Assembly (NCBI RefSeq): GCF_006345805.1
Contig: NC_043010.1
Location: 46,128,001 to 46,192,000 of the forward strand
Length of the DNA stretch: 64,000 nucleotides
From: Octopus sinensis
Lineage: Eukaryota
Reading direction: 5' to 3'
Notes under the pieces: generated by a model
What the model was told of the DNA's origin: nothing
Seen by the model: the letters and a program-made list of their open reading frames with translations, nothing else
Database searches by the model: none
Position numbers and translations under genes: made by a program
Shown here: in pieces, positions 24,951 to 38,420 of the stretch
How the letters are laid out: each line of letters starts with the position of its first letter
Numbering within the stretch: the first letter of the stretch is position 1

Positions 24951-25899
24951 TAAACTCCTGTAAATCCCTGTTTGCAAGACAGGGTGTTTCATTAACACTT
25001 ATGAGAGACAATGGACCGCAGTTTTGCTGATTTTTCCAACATTTGGTTGCTTGAGTACAGAACTTTGAACCACAACGGAACAGCATGGCAATGAGCAATT
25101 GGAATTTTGAAATCACTGCTAGTGAAAGAAGATTCATTCCTTACTCTTTCAAACTGTATGGTCATACATACCATAGCATATACTTTCTCCCGTTGTTCAG
25201 TTGTGTTTGGTCGAAGAGCTAGAACCTCTGCCACTAACTCCTATTGAAGTATATCGTATCTGAATGTTCACAACATTATTATGTAAAAGCAGGGAGGGCA
25301 AAGGGTAAAATGTATTTCAACAAATCAGACAAATGCTCTATCCCCCATAAAGAAACACGAGATAGTGCCCACTGCATTATCTTAACACCAGGCTTTTAAC
25401 CTAGTCAGTTGGTTCAATTCTGTATATGACAACTATTTTATTCCAGGTATTTCAAAATCTTGCGTTAGCCCCCTCCCCATATTTTTGCTATTCTTCATGG
25501 ACATACAGCTAGTGTTATTTTAGGATCTACAAAATGTCCACTTTCAAGAACTTGAAAGTCACCTGCAAAGTTTTCTGTTACGTTTGTTTGTGTAAAGTTC
25601 TTCAACTTTTTTGCTCCATTTCCAATCACTATGAAACGTACAGAAATAGCCAGGACCTATGAAAGGGAGATTTCAGCCGGCACGTTGATCTAGGACTCGG
25701 GGAACCAAGGAGGGGGGGGGTCAAGGACTATCTGTTGAATCTCTCCCTGAAATAAAAAATAAATAAATCATAGCCCCTTGAATTTTGAGAGATTCTCCCG
25801 GAACCCAAAAGCAATCTTGTTCTATCTACCAAATTTTTCGGAAGCCTTGAAAATAGCACAGTCTTTGTAACACTGGTCGTTATTTCTTCTGAAATAGGT

Positions 25900-26700
25900 C
25901 TGCAATGTTTCTTCCATAATAATACTAACCTCAGATACTCAGCAAGTCAGTGGTAACAAACACATTGCTTGTTTGTCTAACTGTATTTCGTGTTTATCAC
26001 CTACAACTGACAATGTACAAAAGTTACGGAAGTTTGCCAGTATCTAGTTTGTCCACAAATAATGCATCAATTTTTTTTAATGTTTTCTTATGGAACAACC
26101 GTTTTAGATTTGCATATTTCTTCAAAATGGGCAAACTTGCCAGATTTATAAAACTCTTTGCTACATGCAGGACAAAAATGAACACCAAATTTTTGACTGT
26201 TATTACACTTTGTACATATTTGTGGCTTTCTGCCAGCTTTGCTTTTAAAACATTTGCAAGGTGCTGCCATTCTCAACAGCATATGCAGCGTTACCACTAA
26301 TATAGTGTCTGTTGGTTTCCTCAGTTCTTAATACAATAGTTACAGCTTTAGCCAAGTGAACTTAACTAGTTTCCTTGAGTTAGAATATTAATTATACGTC
26401 ACCCATATAAAGCTAAACTTGTCAGTCAAAATCGTTGAATTCTCATATACATGCCCCTTTTTCTTAGCTCCGTCAAATATTCCTCAGTGTTTAAGTTCCT
26501 TTGATAGCGAGGAAGTTGCTTCTAGCGTTAAATAGATGGATTCTTGGTGTAATAGAAACTGGTAATTTGTTCTTGACATCTATGGCCTTCTTCGTATTTG
26601 AAACTGACAAAAATATCTTTTTCTCGTTCACCAGTAGTGCCAATTTGACTTTATCGCTGACTCATTCTTCTCAATAGCTTTCAGAAACTGTAAAATTTTC
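25900..26700 (-). mobile_element. Decayed Ty3/gypsy (Mag-like) gag zinc-knuckle and protease fragment
   Basis: ICTKCNNSQKFGVHFCPACSKEFYKSGKFAHFEEICKSK resembles paired CCHC knuckles; LDTG protease motif downstream. Confidence 0.7.
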
Positions 26701-27000
26701 TTGGAATACACGCCACTTGACAGTTTTAACACGAGATGTAGGGTTGGGAGCTAGGAATTGAATATTCAGCTATTTAGTAATAATTCGTTAGATCTCAAAG
26801 TCACTCAGTTAAATTGAAGTCCGTTAGCGACTCACTATCAACCATTTTACGAGCGAATAAAATAGAAGCAGCAACATACTATGAGTACATATCGATAAAG
26901 TCAATAATCCGATCCAGTCGAAATATCGAACACCATGTTTTAACGGTGTATTGCAATTTACAAACATAACCAGGCTAAAAGATAGTAATATTAAACGCAT

Positions 27001-27212
27001 TTAAGGCGGCGTGCTTGCAGAATCGTTAGCACACCAGACAAAATGCATAGAGGTTTTTCGTCTGTCTTTCCATTCTGAATTCGAATTCCGTCGAGGTCGA
27101 CTTTGCCTTGAGGATAATAAAATAAGTACCAGTCGAGCACTGGGGTTGATGTAATCGACTTATACCCTCTCCCAAATTGCTGGCCTTGTGCCAAAATTTG
27201 AAACCAATATTA
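27001..27212 (+). mobile_element. SINE family B, variant 3-prime end
   Basis: aaggcggc...gaggtcgactttgcc...ggccttgtgccaaaatttgaaaccaatatt. Confidence 0.85.
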
Positions 27213-28455
27213 AGCACATTTTAGATACGCTAATCGTTTGTTGCGTATATATTATACAACCAATTCCATCATAAGGTAGGTGCGATGGGTTCTATGGCGC
27301 TGGTGCTGAGGAGGCCTGTGCATCTGTGTATAGATTAATTTCGTCACATTTCGACGGCTACTTCAGTACAACGGCCCATGAGAAATCAAAGACGATTGTG
27401 TTTACATGTGTTAAAATAGACAACTTATTGCTGGTCTGATTTGCGAGATAACCAACACTTCTTGCAATGCCTTCCTGTTTTTGTTTTTTTTATGAGAAAA
27501 ATGTTTTTCTGCTTCTATGTTTAGCATAATTACAGAAGACCAGGAGCTTTAGTGAATTTATTTACAAGAAATGTAGCAAATGGAACCCAACGACTCTTTC
27601 TTCGGTATAACTTTATATGGTAAATGAATAATTTGTGATAGGCACGAGGCCGGAAATTTGGGACCGACAGGAAACAGTTGAGATAAAATCCGGCTACTTC
27701 ACCAGCACTTATTTTTTACCAGCCTCGGAAAGATGAAAGGCAGAAATTTGGAAATAAGTGGACAGTCAATTAGATTAACGATACGTTAAGACCCGCATCA
27801 AAAACTGCAAGGTTTAAACGATTCTGCTAATCTACTGTCTATCTTGGACTACATTATTCAATGTCTCAATTTTTGAAGACATTCTGTTAGGCATAAATAA
27901 CATTCTCTATTTCATCGACCCGGGTGGGATGGGGGGGGGGGAAGCAAAGTTGACCTTGAACTCGAAACGTAGAGACAATAACAAATGTCACAGTTTATTA
28001 TTTCCGACGCTTCTGCCACTTCACTGCTTGTCTCGCAAGTTTAAATGATAAACACATGCACACGCCCATATCATTACATATTCCGCAACCATTTCACTCT
28101 GACAACAAACACATGCACTTATGTTTTCTATTGCATACTTGACTTCATCAGGGTCAGCTTTACTTTTAAATCAGCAGAATCTGATAAAATAAAACGCCAC
28201 AAAAAGTTTTTCTTTTTTTTACGAAGTCGAAAAGAAATGTTTAAGAGATATATATGACTCATAAGATCTCTTAACATGAGATTATCATATAATGCATACT
28301 GAATTTATTTTTCGGATCCTGTTCATTCACATGTAAATTCAAACTGTTGCGCTCAACCTCGCAACTGGTTTATTTTGTACCGAAGGGATTGCATGAGATA
28401 AAAAAAAGTTGTGTTGAGATCTTCCCCCCTTCTGACTTGTCATCCGAGTTTGATA

Positions 28456-28499
28456 ATGACTAACAAACCTAATTTGCAAGTCTCGTCGAGGAGAGTGAG
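28456..28499 (+). CDS. Candidate alternative first exon MTNKPNLQVSSRRV(S)
   Basis: ATG to GAG|gtagac, phase 2; reads in frame into the 45937 microexon. Confidence 0.3.
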
Positions 28500-28572
28500 G
28501 TAGACATAAGAGAATAGATGTTATAACTTCTATTGTATAACAACTTATTTTTCGTATTGTTTACCGTCTTGG

Positions 28573-28921
28573 CGATTTCCGTAAAAAAAAAATTTTTTTT
28601 TTACATATGGGCTTGCGGGAACTTTTGAAGTAATATACATACATATACACATACACCGAGTAAAAAATTTCAGTTATTCTTTCACACATTACTCTGTCTC
28701 ATCACACATACTAACAGAAGCACTTCACTTACAAAACATAGTGTCTGTCTCCCACACCCCATCAAACACACACACACATGTACATCAATGCTTCCCATGC
28801 ACGGTAACTTCAAAAGAATTTCCCTCGTCATACAATCGCTTTCTCTTAGTCTCTTTCGCTCTCATTACTTCAAAAGTTCCCGCAAGCCCATATGTAAAAA
28901 AAAAAATTTTTACGGAAATCG
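28573..28921. repeat. About 60-bp inverted repeat pair (28573-28632 and 28864-28921), MITE or Helitron-like
   Basis: cgatttccgtaaaaaaaa..ttttttacatatgggcttgcgggaacttttgaagtaat is mirrored by attacttcaaaagttcccgcaagcccatatgtaaaaaa..tttttacggaaatcg. Confidence 0.85.
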
Positions 28922-29149
28922 ACGGAAAGGTCTACTAGAGACGAAAGATTGCTACCGTCTTTGTTGCGTTTTATGAAAAAAATTGTTTTGTATCAATGAT
29001 AACAATATGACTTTACTGCAACAGGGAAAGCAAATCAGTCATACATCGCGAAATATTGTTAGGGTCCTTGCTCAGTCGGTGGAGATAGCGCAATAAATAT
29101 ACGCAACGGGGGACGGTTCAGTCAATTGTACTCCTCTCGTTCACATAAT

Positions 29150-29800
29150 TGACCTTGTCTACTTAATCTTTCTGACTCACTTCTGGAATTAGAACAACCC
29201 TGTTTTATCATTCATCCACGAGTTCTTCTCGTGACAATTTCATCGACAATTATTTAAGAACGATAGTATAAACACCGATTTTACAGTACATTTACTGCAT
29301 TACTTCTCTAAATCCAACTTCTTTACACTTTTAATTCACTTTTCCATTGTCAGTTTCTGAAATATCAGTGTGACATATAACCAACTGTCGTCCAGACTTC
29401 CCATCACTACATTCTTAGACTAATTCATTAATCACTTAACAAGTTCGTTGAATTGACATTTTTGTCTTGCCTTTAATTTGCTTATTTTGTTAAGGTTAAC
29501 GAATCATAAGAATCTTGGTAAACTTCATTGAAGATTGCATTAGATTTGGACAGTGTTTTTTACTTACTGGAATGTTAATGTCATCGGAGATTTTTTACCT
29601 ATATTTTGAACAAGTGTTTGTTGTGTGTGGCGAACTAATTCATGTGGAACCACCATTATCTCTTATCAGTATGAATGATAAATTAAGGAATGTTCTCTAA
29701 CGATGATTTGATCCGTAACGTACAGTTAAGTTTGCGTATGATAATTTTTCTATGTTTGAGATACATGTCATAACTGGAAACAGCTGTGGAACTTGCCGAA
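29150..29800 (-). mobile_element. Possible highly decayed Penelope-like reverse transcriptase fragment
   Basis: ILIRDNGGST resembles PLE IKPADKGGAT; GSLDDSWLYVT resembles VSLDVSSLYT; many stops. Confidence 0.35.
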
Positions 29801-30449
29801 ACCATGTTTCACGTTTGGAAGAAATATGTGATAACGTGATACTATCACACACACAATCTTCTCATCTTTATCAGAAATACGAGTTTTGTATATATATATA
29901 CACACACTACTCTTCATATCTGTTCATAACAAATACTACATTTTGCTGACATGTGCTTTCGTGGCATTTACTATATTTTCGTTTTGTTGTTGTTGCTATT
30001 ACAAGCAAGCTCTTAATCCTTTCTGCACTGAGGATTTTCGTCGAGCATAATTGTTATAACACATGCTCTAAATCTGCCACTTACATCAGACCCAAATCTC
30101 AGACTTCAGGTCGAATTGTTCAACTTTGATAGTTTTGGAGTATTCGATTACATGGTGATTAATCGTATTAGCTGTGTTCACCCCAAATTAGGTCAAATAT
30201 GTTTGTTTTTTCTTCATGTTCTTCGTTTTAAGGCAGAACGGGATTGCGCTTATACTCTTAACCGACGGTTTCCCATTTTGGGGATCAAAGTATGGTTGTG
30301 TGATTAAGAAGCTCGCTTTGCAACCAAGTGGGTTCAAGTTCAGTACCCCCGTACAGCCCCTTGGGCAAGTGTGTTCAGTTATAGCCCTGGACCAACTGAT
30401 GTCTTGTGAATGAATTTGGCTAACGAAAATTGCGTCGGATCCCGTTTAG

Positions 30450-30590
30450 ACTGCATCTAACAACACCATATCTCACAATGCTTTTGCAGTACAAGTGCTA
30501 GTGCCACAGCATTTGGGATACTGGACTGGGCACTTGATGTGATACGCAGCCTGGACATCAAAACCAGAAAGGTACTGACCATACACAATG
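30450..30590 (+). mobile_element. R4/Dong-like (RLE-type) non-LTR fragment
   Basis: SHNAFAVQVLVP / AFGILDWALDVIRSLDIKTRKVLT matches the AIN.FAVPVL.Y.FG..DW....LD.KTRK.LT pattern. Confidence 0.6.
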
Positions 30591-30614
30591 ATGTGTGTGT
30601 GTCTTTGTACCTAT

Positions 30615-31500
30615 TTCCTTACTACCCACAAGGGGCTAAACACAGAGAGGGCAAACAAGGATAGACAAACGGATTAAGTCGATTATATCGACCCCAGTGC
30701 GTAATTAGTACTTATTTAACCGACCCCGAAAGGATGAAAGGCGAAGTCGACCTCGGCGGAATTTGAACTCAGAACGTAGCGGCAGACGAAATACCGCTAA
30801 GCATTTCGCCCGGCGCGCTAACGTTTTTGTCAGCTTGCCGCCTTTGTACCGCCATTGCTTGGCAATTGGTGTTGGTTTGTTTAATCCTTAAGTTAGAGTT
30901 TCAACGAAAGAAACCGGTAGAATAAGTACGAAAGTTTAAAATAATAAGTACTGGGATCGATTTGTTCGAGTAAACACTGCTAGGCGGTGCCCCAGTATGG
31001 TCGCTGACTAATGACTGAAACAAGTAAAAAAACTAAGAGAAAAATATACGCCAAAAGGACTTTTTCTTAATTTCACTTTAGCCATTATTGGCAAGGACAT
31101 GTTGCATCATGATATATAAATGAAAATATTTGCATTTTATGTTTATCAAATTTTCGGTAAAAATTACTGCAATTGCTACAATTTACTGAAAGTTTAGTAG
31201 AAAACTTGCTTCCCAACCACATGATTCCGGGTTCAGTCCCATTGCGTGGTACCTTGGGCGAGCGTTTTCCACTATTGCCTCGGGCCGACCAAAGCATTGT
31301 GAGTGGATTTGGTAGACTGTGTGTGACTTAGTGTTTGTGTTTGTCCCCACCTTACCCACCGGTCACCGCTTGGCAGCCGGCGTTAGTAAGTTTACGTCCT
31401 TGTAACATAGCGGTTCGGCAAAAGACCGATAGAATAAGTACTGGGGACTAATTCATTCGACCAAAAGTTCAAGGTGATGTCCCAGCATGGCTACAATCTA
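30615..31500. mobile_element. SINE cluster: family B (-, 30615-30845), family A 3-prime part (30850-31030), family A (+, 31200-31500)
   Basis: Family-diagnostic sequences. Confidence 0.85.
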
Positions 31501-32243
31501 ATGACGAACGTATATAAGATGTATATTATAAAATGTAGATGGTATTTTAGAAAAATGTTGATAATTTGGTAAATTTTTTTTTATCGGTCTCATATCGGTT
31601 TCCTGAAATGGAGCTTAGTTTTACTCCAAATGAAATTTCTATTTATTTATATTTATATATCAGTCTTAATTATTTTATAAATCGATCTTTAGTTTTAATC
31701 AAAGATCGCCTCTAAATTCATGTTGAACACTTCAATTTGCAATTAAAAAAGAAAATGTGTTACTCTTTTCCTCTTCATAAAAGCATTTATAACAGCATTG
31801 ATTAAACTCTCCTGAAATTACACCATGTAGAGACGAATTAGCTCTTGTGAATATTAAAGTAGATTAGATTATTGTTACTGTATATGAAATAAGATTATAC
31901 CAAGCGCATATCAACCGATCAACTTTGCTTGAAAGCCGTATCTAGTTACATATTAATGAGTCAGGATCTTTGATACTTTTTTTTTTCTTGAAATAAAAAC
32001 AATATTGTTAACTGCTATATATATATATATATATATATACATAGATACGTAAAATACCGCTAAAACCATATAGAAATCAGCTGCACAGCAATGAGCTATG
32101 AATTTTTATAATTATTTAATTATTTCTATTAGAACTTAGCTGTTTATAAAACACTCCTGTCAACTCTTCATATATTGATGGTTCGTACTTGACTTCTACT
32201 TGACACACACACACAACAAAATTTCTATATTTAAAACAATAAC

Positions 32244-32274
<31 letters not shown>

Positions 32275-32359
32275 CGCGTATTTATAACTTCCAATACGTA
32301 AATATATCTGTCTTTATATGTGTATCAATGTGTATATACGTGTGTATGTGTGTGCATAT

Positions 32360-33360
32360 GCTCGTTTACTCTTTTACTTGTTTCAGTCATTTGACTGCGG
32401 CCATGCTGGAGCAATGCCCTGAAGGGTTTTAGTCGAACAAATCGACCCCAGGACTTATTTAAAAATCTAGTACTTATTCTATCGAAATTTTTTGCCGAAT
32501 AGCTAAGTTACAAGGATGTAAACACACCAACACCGGTTGATGGGGAACAATCACACACACACACACACACACATACATACATACATATGACGGATTTCTT
32601 TCAGTTTCCGTCTACCAAATCCACCCAGAAGGCTTTGGTCAGCCTTAGGCTTCAGTAGAAGACACTTGCCCCCAAAGTACCACGCAGTGGGACTGAACCT
32701 GAAACCATGTGGTTGGGAAGCAAGCTTCTTACTACACAGCTACACTTTTATCTTTTACTTTTTTTTCAGCCATTAGACTGCAGCCATCCTGGAGCATTGC
32801 ATTGAGAAATTTTTACTGGAACTAATTGACCTCAGTGCTTATTTTCTTTTCAAACCTGGTACTTATTCTGTCAGTCTTTTGCTGAACCGTTAGGTAATGG
32901 GGGACCTAAACCCACCAGCACCGGTTGTTGAGTAGCGGAAGGGGACAAACACAAATGCAAAGGCACACACACATAGATACATGTATATATGATGAGCTTG
33001 TTTCAGTTTCTTATTTCTTTATTGCCCACATGGGGCTAAACATAGAGGGGACAAACAAAGGGATGAAGGCGATTACATCAACCCCAGTGCATGACTGGTA
33101 CTTAATTTATCGACCCCGAAAGGATGAAAGGCAAAGTCGACCTCGGTGGAATTTGAACTCAGAACGTAACGACAGACGAAATACCGCTAAGCATTTTGCC
33201 CGGCGTGCTAACGTTTCTGCCAGCTGGCCGCCTTCATTCAGTTTCTGTCTAGTAAATTTACTCACAAGGCTTTTTAGGCAGCCTGAGGCTATAGTAAAAG
33301 ACAATTGCCGATGCTGCCTGGAACCATCTAGTTGGAAAACAGATTTCTTACCACACAACC
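32360..33360 (-). mobile_element. Two family A SINEs with a family B SINE nested in the second (33010-33235)
   Basis: Family-diagnostic sequences; tcagtttc repeated at both ends of the nested copy. Confidence 0.8.
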
Positions 33361-33371
33361 ACACCTATATG

Positions 33372-33504
33372 TCTTCCCTTCTCTGGATCTTTCCTTTTCT
33401 TATGTTTCTGACAAAAAGCTCTGCTCAAAACGTTAAACCCTCCTTCTTCCCTTCCTTCCTGAGCGTCCAATAATACTCGCGTTGTTGTGTTTTCATGTTT
33501 GGAT

Positions 33505-33510
<6 letters not shown>
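33372..33510 (+). mobile_element. Penelope-like terminal fragment with an inactivated hammerhead motif (33404-33438)
   Basis: gtttCTGACAAaaagctctgctcAAAAcGTTaaac: G8A without C3U, and G12A; homologous to 6695-6900. Confidence 0.6.
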
Positions 33511-33548
<38 letters not shown>

Positions 33549-33569
33549 GGAGGGAGAGAGGAATGACAT

Positions 33570-34830
33570 AATGGCAAATGTTTTCACTAATATGTGTCAC
33601 AAGACAGTTGAATGGCCTGTGGACTGGATATATGCAGTGTTCATTACACTGCCCAAGGTTGTTGGCACTGCTAATTGCTTGTAGCATCACACCTCATCAA
33701 CCCCAGCAAGATCTTGCTGAGAATTCAACTAAAGATGATCAGGCAGTCAAAAAATAGCTTGTTGAAGTGCATACATGCTTCCCTAATTGGACAGAACAAG
33801 GGAGAACATTTTTAATATCAGGATCCTAATGGAGACAGCTAAGGAGTATAACATTCCACTGTATGTGTCATTCATTGATTATAAAGTAGCCTTCAACTCA
33901 GTACAGCTGGCCAGACTGTGGAAAGTGTTACAAATGGTGGGAATCAAGGGCTCAGCAATTGACTAACTGTAGCTGTACATTGACAGCTGGTGGCTTTTAA
34001 GGATGGAGCAAAAGGAACTGACAAACTGGTTTTAGCATTAAGAGTTTGCTAGTTTTGTTTCAACTATTTGCTGTACTCTGAGAAAGTGATGTGAATGTAG
34101 TCAACTAGATTGGTGTATAGATTATAGGCATCAGCTTCTTATTTCTTTATTGCCCGCAAGGGGCTAAACATAGAGGGGACAAACAAGGACAGACAAAGAG
34201 ATTAAGTCGATTTCATCGACCCTAGTGCGTAGCTGGTACTTAATTTATCGACCCCGAAAGGATGAAAAGCAAAGTCAACCTCGGTGGAATTTGAACTCAG
34301 AACATAACGGCAGACGGAATACCAATAAGCATTTTACCCGGCGTGCTAGCGTTTCTGCCAGCTCTCCGCTGGGCATCAGCTTCTGGTAGCTAAATGACCA
34401 TAATTTTGTTAAAGATATTATGCTGTTCGCTACTTCACTGGCTGAACTGCAGATGAAGTTAGTCTAGTCTCTAATGAGTTTTTACTAAAGATCAATGGTA
34501 GCCACCAAGAAACATGAGCAGTTTACCATAAATTGTGAAGGCAGTGGTCAAGCTAGCCCAAATTGGTAAGTTCAAGTACCTGGACTCCATTCTTAACCAA
34601 ACAGTTGACTGCAGCCAGGAAATCAGAGCAAGACTTAGTGCAAGCAGATCAGCCTTGTGGTCTCTCAATACAATATGGATTAATTGTGTCTCAACAAAAA
34701 GTGTCAAGCTGGTGTCTGACTCTAAGAGAGTGAAGTCATTCAAGATGACATGCTACAGGAAAGTGTTGGTCATTGGATAAACAATTTAGTTCTGGATGAC
34801 TGATCAAGAGTCTGTGATGGTGATCAATCA
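33570..34830 (+). mobile_element. Decayed RTE LINE reverse transcriptase region, interrupted by a family B SINE (about 34140-34370)
   Basis: WPVDWIYAVFITLPK, IRILMETAKEYNIPLYVSFIDYKVAFNSV and KFKYLDSIL...EIRARL motifs; SINE flanked by TSD ggcatcagcttct. Confidence 0.85.
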
Positions 34831-35344
34831 ACAGCAGCAGCATCATTTACTGTCCGTTATCCATGCTGGCATGGGTTAGACGGTTTGATTGGACCTAATA
34901 AGCTGGAGAGCTGCACCAGGCTCTTGTCTGTTTTAGCATGGTTTCTACAGCTGGATGCCCTTCCTAATGCCAACCACTCCACAACAAGAATTACAATAGT
35001 TTAGCCACGTTAATAGGACCCAGAACCTGGGTGTCCGGTCCTCAGGTATTAGGTAGAAACAAAACAGGCCTGTGGGTAACACAGAAATGTACAGTAAAGG
35101 CTGGAAGAATTTCATTATAAATCTGCTCTGACCTGAGGATAAACAACTATTTGCAATTAAGAAGAATCCTCTCTCTTAGTAACTCTCATCCATTCCTCTA
35201 TCGTTTACCCACTTACTCTCATGCAAGAATATACACCAAATAATCTCTGTGTATTAAAGCCCATGTCACTGCCAAAGCACTATCATTGAATTAACATTTA
35301 GCTCTTGTATGTGTAAGAATGTATGATATATATATTGTATGTTC

Positions 35345-35632
35345 CTTCTTGAGCCACACCTGGCTCATAAGGGCCAGTTTCCTGGTTTCCTTGGCATATA
35401 GGTTCCCCACCTGGACGGAATGCCAGTCTGTTGCAGGTGAGCTACAGGAGGAAAGAGTGAGAGAAAGTTGTGGTGAAAGAGTCAGCAGAAGTTCACCATT
35501 ACCTTCTGCTGGAGCCGCAGGGAGCGTAGGTGTTTCGCTCATAAACACACACATTGCCCGGTCTGAGATTCGAACCTGCAATTTCTCGACCGCGAGTTCG
35601 CTGCTCTAACCACTAGGCCATGTGCTTCCACA
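35345..35632 (-). mobile_element. SINE family D1
   Basis: Homologous to 14595-14890. Confidence 0.85.
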
Positions 35633-36215
35633 TGATATATATGCCTGTGTGCGTGTGCATGCATGGCTGTGTGCTGTGTGGTATGAAGTTTGCTTTCTAC
35701 ACACACACAATTCTTGGTTCAGTCCCATTGTGTGGGACCTTGGGCAAGTGTCTTCTACAATAGCCCTGGACAGACCAAGGTCTTGTGAATGGATTTGGAA
35801 GACAGAAGCTAAAAGAAGCCTCTGTGTGTGTTTGTTCCCCTCCCCCTCCCACCACTACTTGACAAATGGTGTTTGTTACATCTCTGTAACCAATTGGTTT
35901 GGCAAAAGAGACCAATATAATAAGTACCTAGCTTAAATAAAAAACAAAAAAACAAAAACAAACAAATAAAATCACTAGGGTCAATTCATTTGATTATAAA
36001 GCCCTTTAAGGCAGTGCCCCAGCATGACCACAACCCATAACTGAATTAAGTAAAAGATATTTATATAATCATCTTGATACACTAAGTTGGATAATTGTGC
36101 TAATTAAATGCATGCATGAACTATTGGTTCAGTTGTTTTGACAGCTAAAATTTCTCAGTGTAAAATGTATAATAATGTTGAAATGGAAGCAAATAATCTT
36201 AGTGTCTTACTTCAG

Positions 36216-36236
36216 GCTACGAAACAATAACAAACA
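36216..36236 (+). CDS. Candidate 21-nt symmetric microexon (G)YETITN
   Basis: tgtcttacttcag|GCTACGAAACAATAACAAACA|gtaagg; phase 1-1, open. Confidence 0.3.
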
Positions 36237-37992
36237 GTAAGGGAATTTAAACACATGTACTTCTTGAATCAGTGGAATAAATGATTGATTATTCGGCAAT
36301 CATGCATGTTTTTACTAGTGTTGAAAACCCGGAAACATTTTATTGACTGCACTTTCCTAGTTTTCATGTTAACATCATTAACTCAACACATGGTTAGCTT
36401 TAAGAAGACAACCACAGCCAAAAGTTGAGTTTGAAAGGTTAGGCTTCCTAATCAGAATGAACACATACACTTTACAAAGTAAACACCCACAGTACATTTC
36501 ATTCAATTAAGACAGTACTCTGGGTATGCACACCACATATACACTGAACTGCACTCAGAAATGATGTCAGCTTGATAAAAGTAAGCCTACACTGAGTAAC
36601 ACCTTTTTTTAGCATCGGTTACATTTTAATGTCCTCTAGCAAAACTATCGTGTGACTGTTTTTAACTCATTAATTCTACATTGTGTTTGCTTTAGCTAAG
36701 CCCTAACATTTGTTTGTCATTTCTCCCCTAAACACTTTATTCAATGCATCCCTGTGGAATTGTTCTTGCTCTCACAACACTCTTGTTCAAACTAAAATCA
36801 TACAATTAATGTCCTTCCTGTTTTGTTCCTCTTGTTTTAGGAGGGGTCACATTTAAAAAAAAAGTCCCTTCTTTTTTGGAATACTTGCAAATAAAGAAGA
36901 AAAACTGCTAAGATATAATAATCCTTTCTACTACAGGCACAAGACACGAAATTTCGGGGGAGAGAGCTAGTTGATTATATGAACCCCAGTGCTCGACCGG
37001 AACTTATTTATTGACCCTGAAAGGATTAAAGGCAAAACCGACCTCAGTGAAATTTGAATTCAATGTAATGATAGATGAAATGCTGCTAAGCTTTTCCTCC
37101 AGCATACTGTTCTGCCAGCTATATATACATACAACATTATTATTATATCTTAGCCTTCTGCTAAGATATAATAATAATGTTGCCATTGGAGAGCAGTGAT
37201 GCATTTTAGAAAACATATCTAGTGCCAAATAATCAAAACTGTTGCTCTAACACTGAAGATTAAAACTGGTCAATTTATAAAATTCAAATAATGAATTCTC
37301 CTCAGGTACTGAAGTATTTTAGTACTTTAAAAGGAGAAATCCATTTTGTAACAGCCTGTGAGAGGGAAAATTCATTCAGATTACTTTGTCAAATGTAATA
37401 TTTATTTACATTATTTTGAATAAATCATGCGTTGTCTCATGACTTCAAGATTTTGATGATGTCATTGTTTATTTTCGGAATGACATTGTAGGGTAGGTGT
37501 GAGATGTTGGATCTGGCCACTTTGAATGTAAAAGGCAGAATATTTTGACCAGATATCATTGGTTTAAATACTGAAAAGTTAAACATTTAAAACAACTTTA
37601 AAACATATCTCTCTCCCCATCTTTTCCTTCTTTTAGCTTTTATCCTATCTTTCTTTGTATATGAATGCTTTCATAAATAAATAGCTCAAAAGGGTCAAAT
37701 GCTTAGATCCTGTTTCATGACATTGTATCAATGAGAGATAAATGTTCTCAAGAGAATGTTAGTCTGTAGCTATGCTGGGACATAGACCTCAGTATGTTAT
37801 ACAACTTTGAGCTGAATCACCATGAGCTGGTTGTTCAATGCCATATCTGTTTATCTTTCATTTTTTTAATCTCTTGTTTTGTAAATAAATCACACACACA
37901 CACACACACACACACATACATCTATACATATGTATGTATGTATGTATATATGTGTGTATGTATGTGTGTGTGTATATATATATATGTATATA

Positions 37993-38035
<43 letters not shown>

Positions 38036-38044
38036 TACACACAC

Positions 38045-38420
38045 ATACAGGCATGGCTGTGTGGTGAGAAGCTTGCTTCTCAACCACATGGTTCCAGGTT
38101 CGGTCCCACTGTGTGACACCTTTAGGCAAATATCCTGTACTATAGACTTTGGTAGATGGAAACTGGAAGAAGCCTGTCATATATAATGTATGTATCTATG
38201 TTTGTGTGTCTTTGTGTCTCTGTTAGTCCCTCACCCCTTCACCGCTTGACCACCAGTGTTGGTGTGTTAATGACCCCGTAACTAAATGGTTTGGCAAAAG
38301 AGACTGATAGAATAAGTACTAAGCTTAAAAAATAAGTTCTGGGGTTGATTTGTTTGACTAAAACCCTTCAAGGTGGTGCTCCAGCATGGCTGCTGTCAAA
38401 TGACTGAAACAAATGAATAA
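38045..38420 (+). mobile_element. SINE family A
   Basis: Head and 3-prime tgactgaaacaa end; further copies near 35655, 44785, 48120, 49295, 50025, 52560, 57560, 59125, 61015 and 61590. Confidence 0.85.

Larger units (their letters stand above)
17500..31500. promoter_or_regulatory. CpG-retaining domain, probable divergent promoter region
   Basis: CpG is visibly common in unique sequence here and scarce in unique sequence on both flanks; candidate first exons point outwards; estimated by eye only. Confidence 0.45.

Noticed and set aside
29050-29125. tRNA gene
   Set aside because: Only A-box and B-box-like fragments; the cloverleaf cannot be formed
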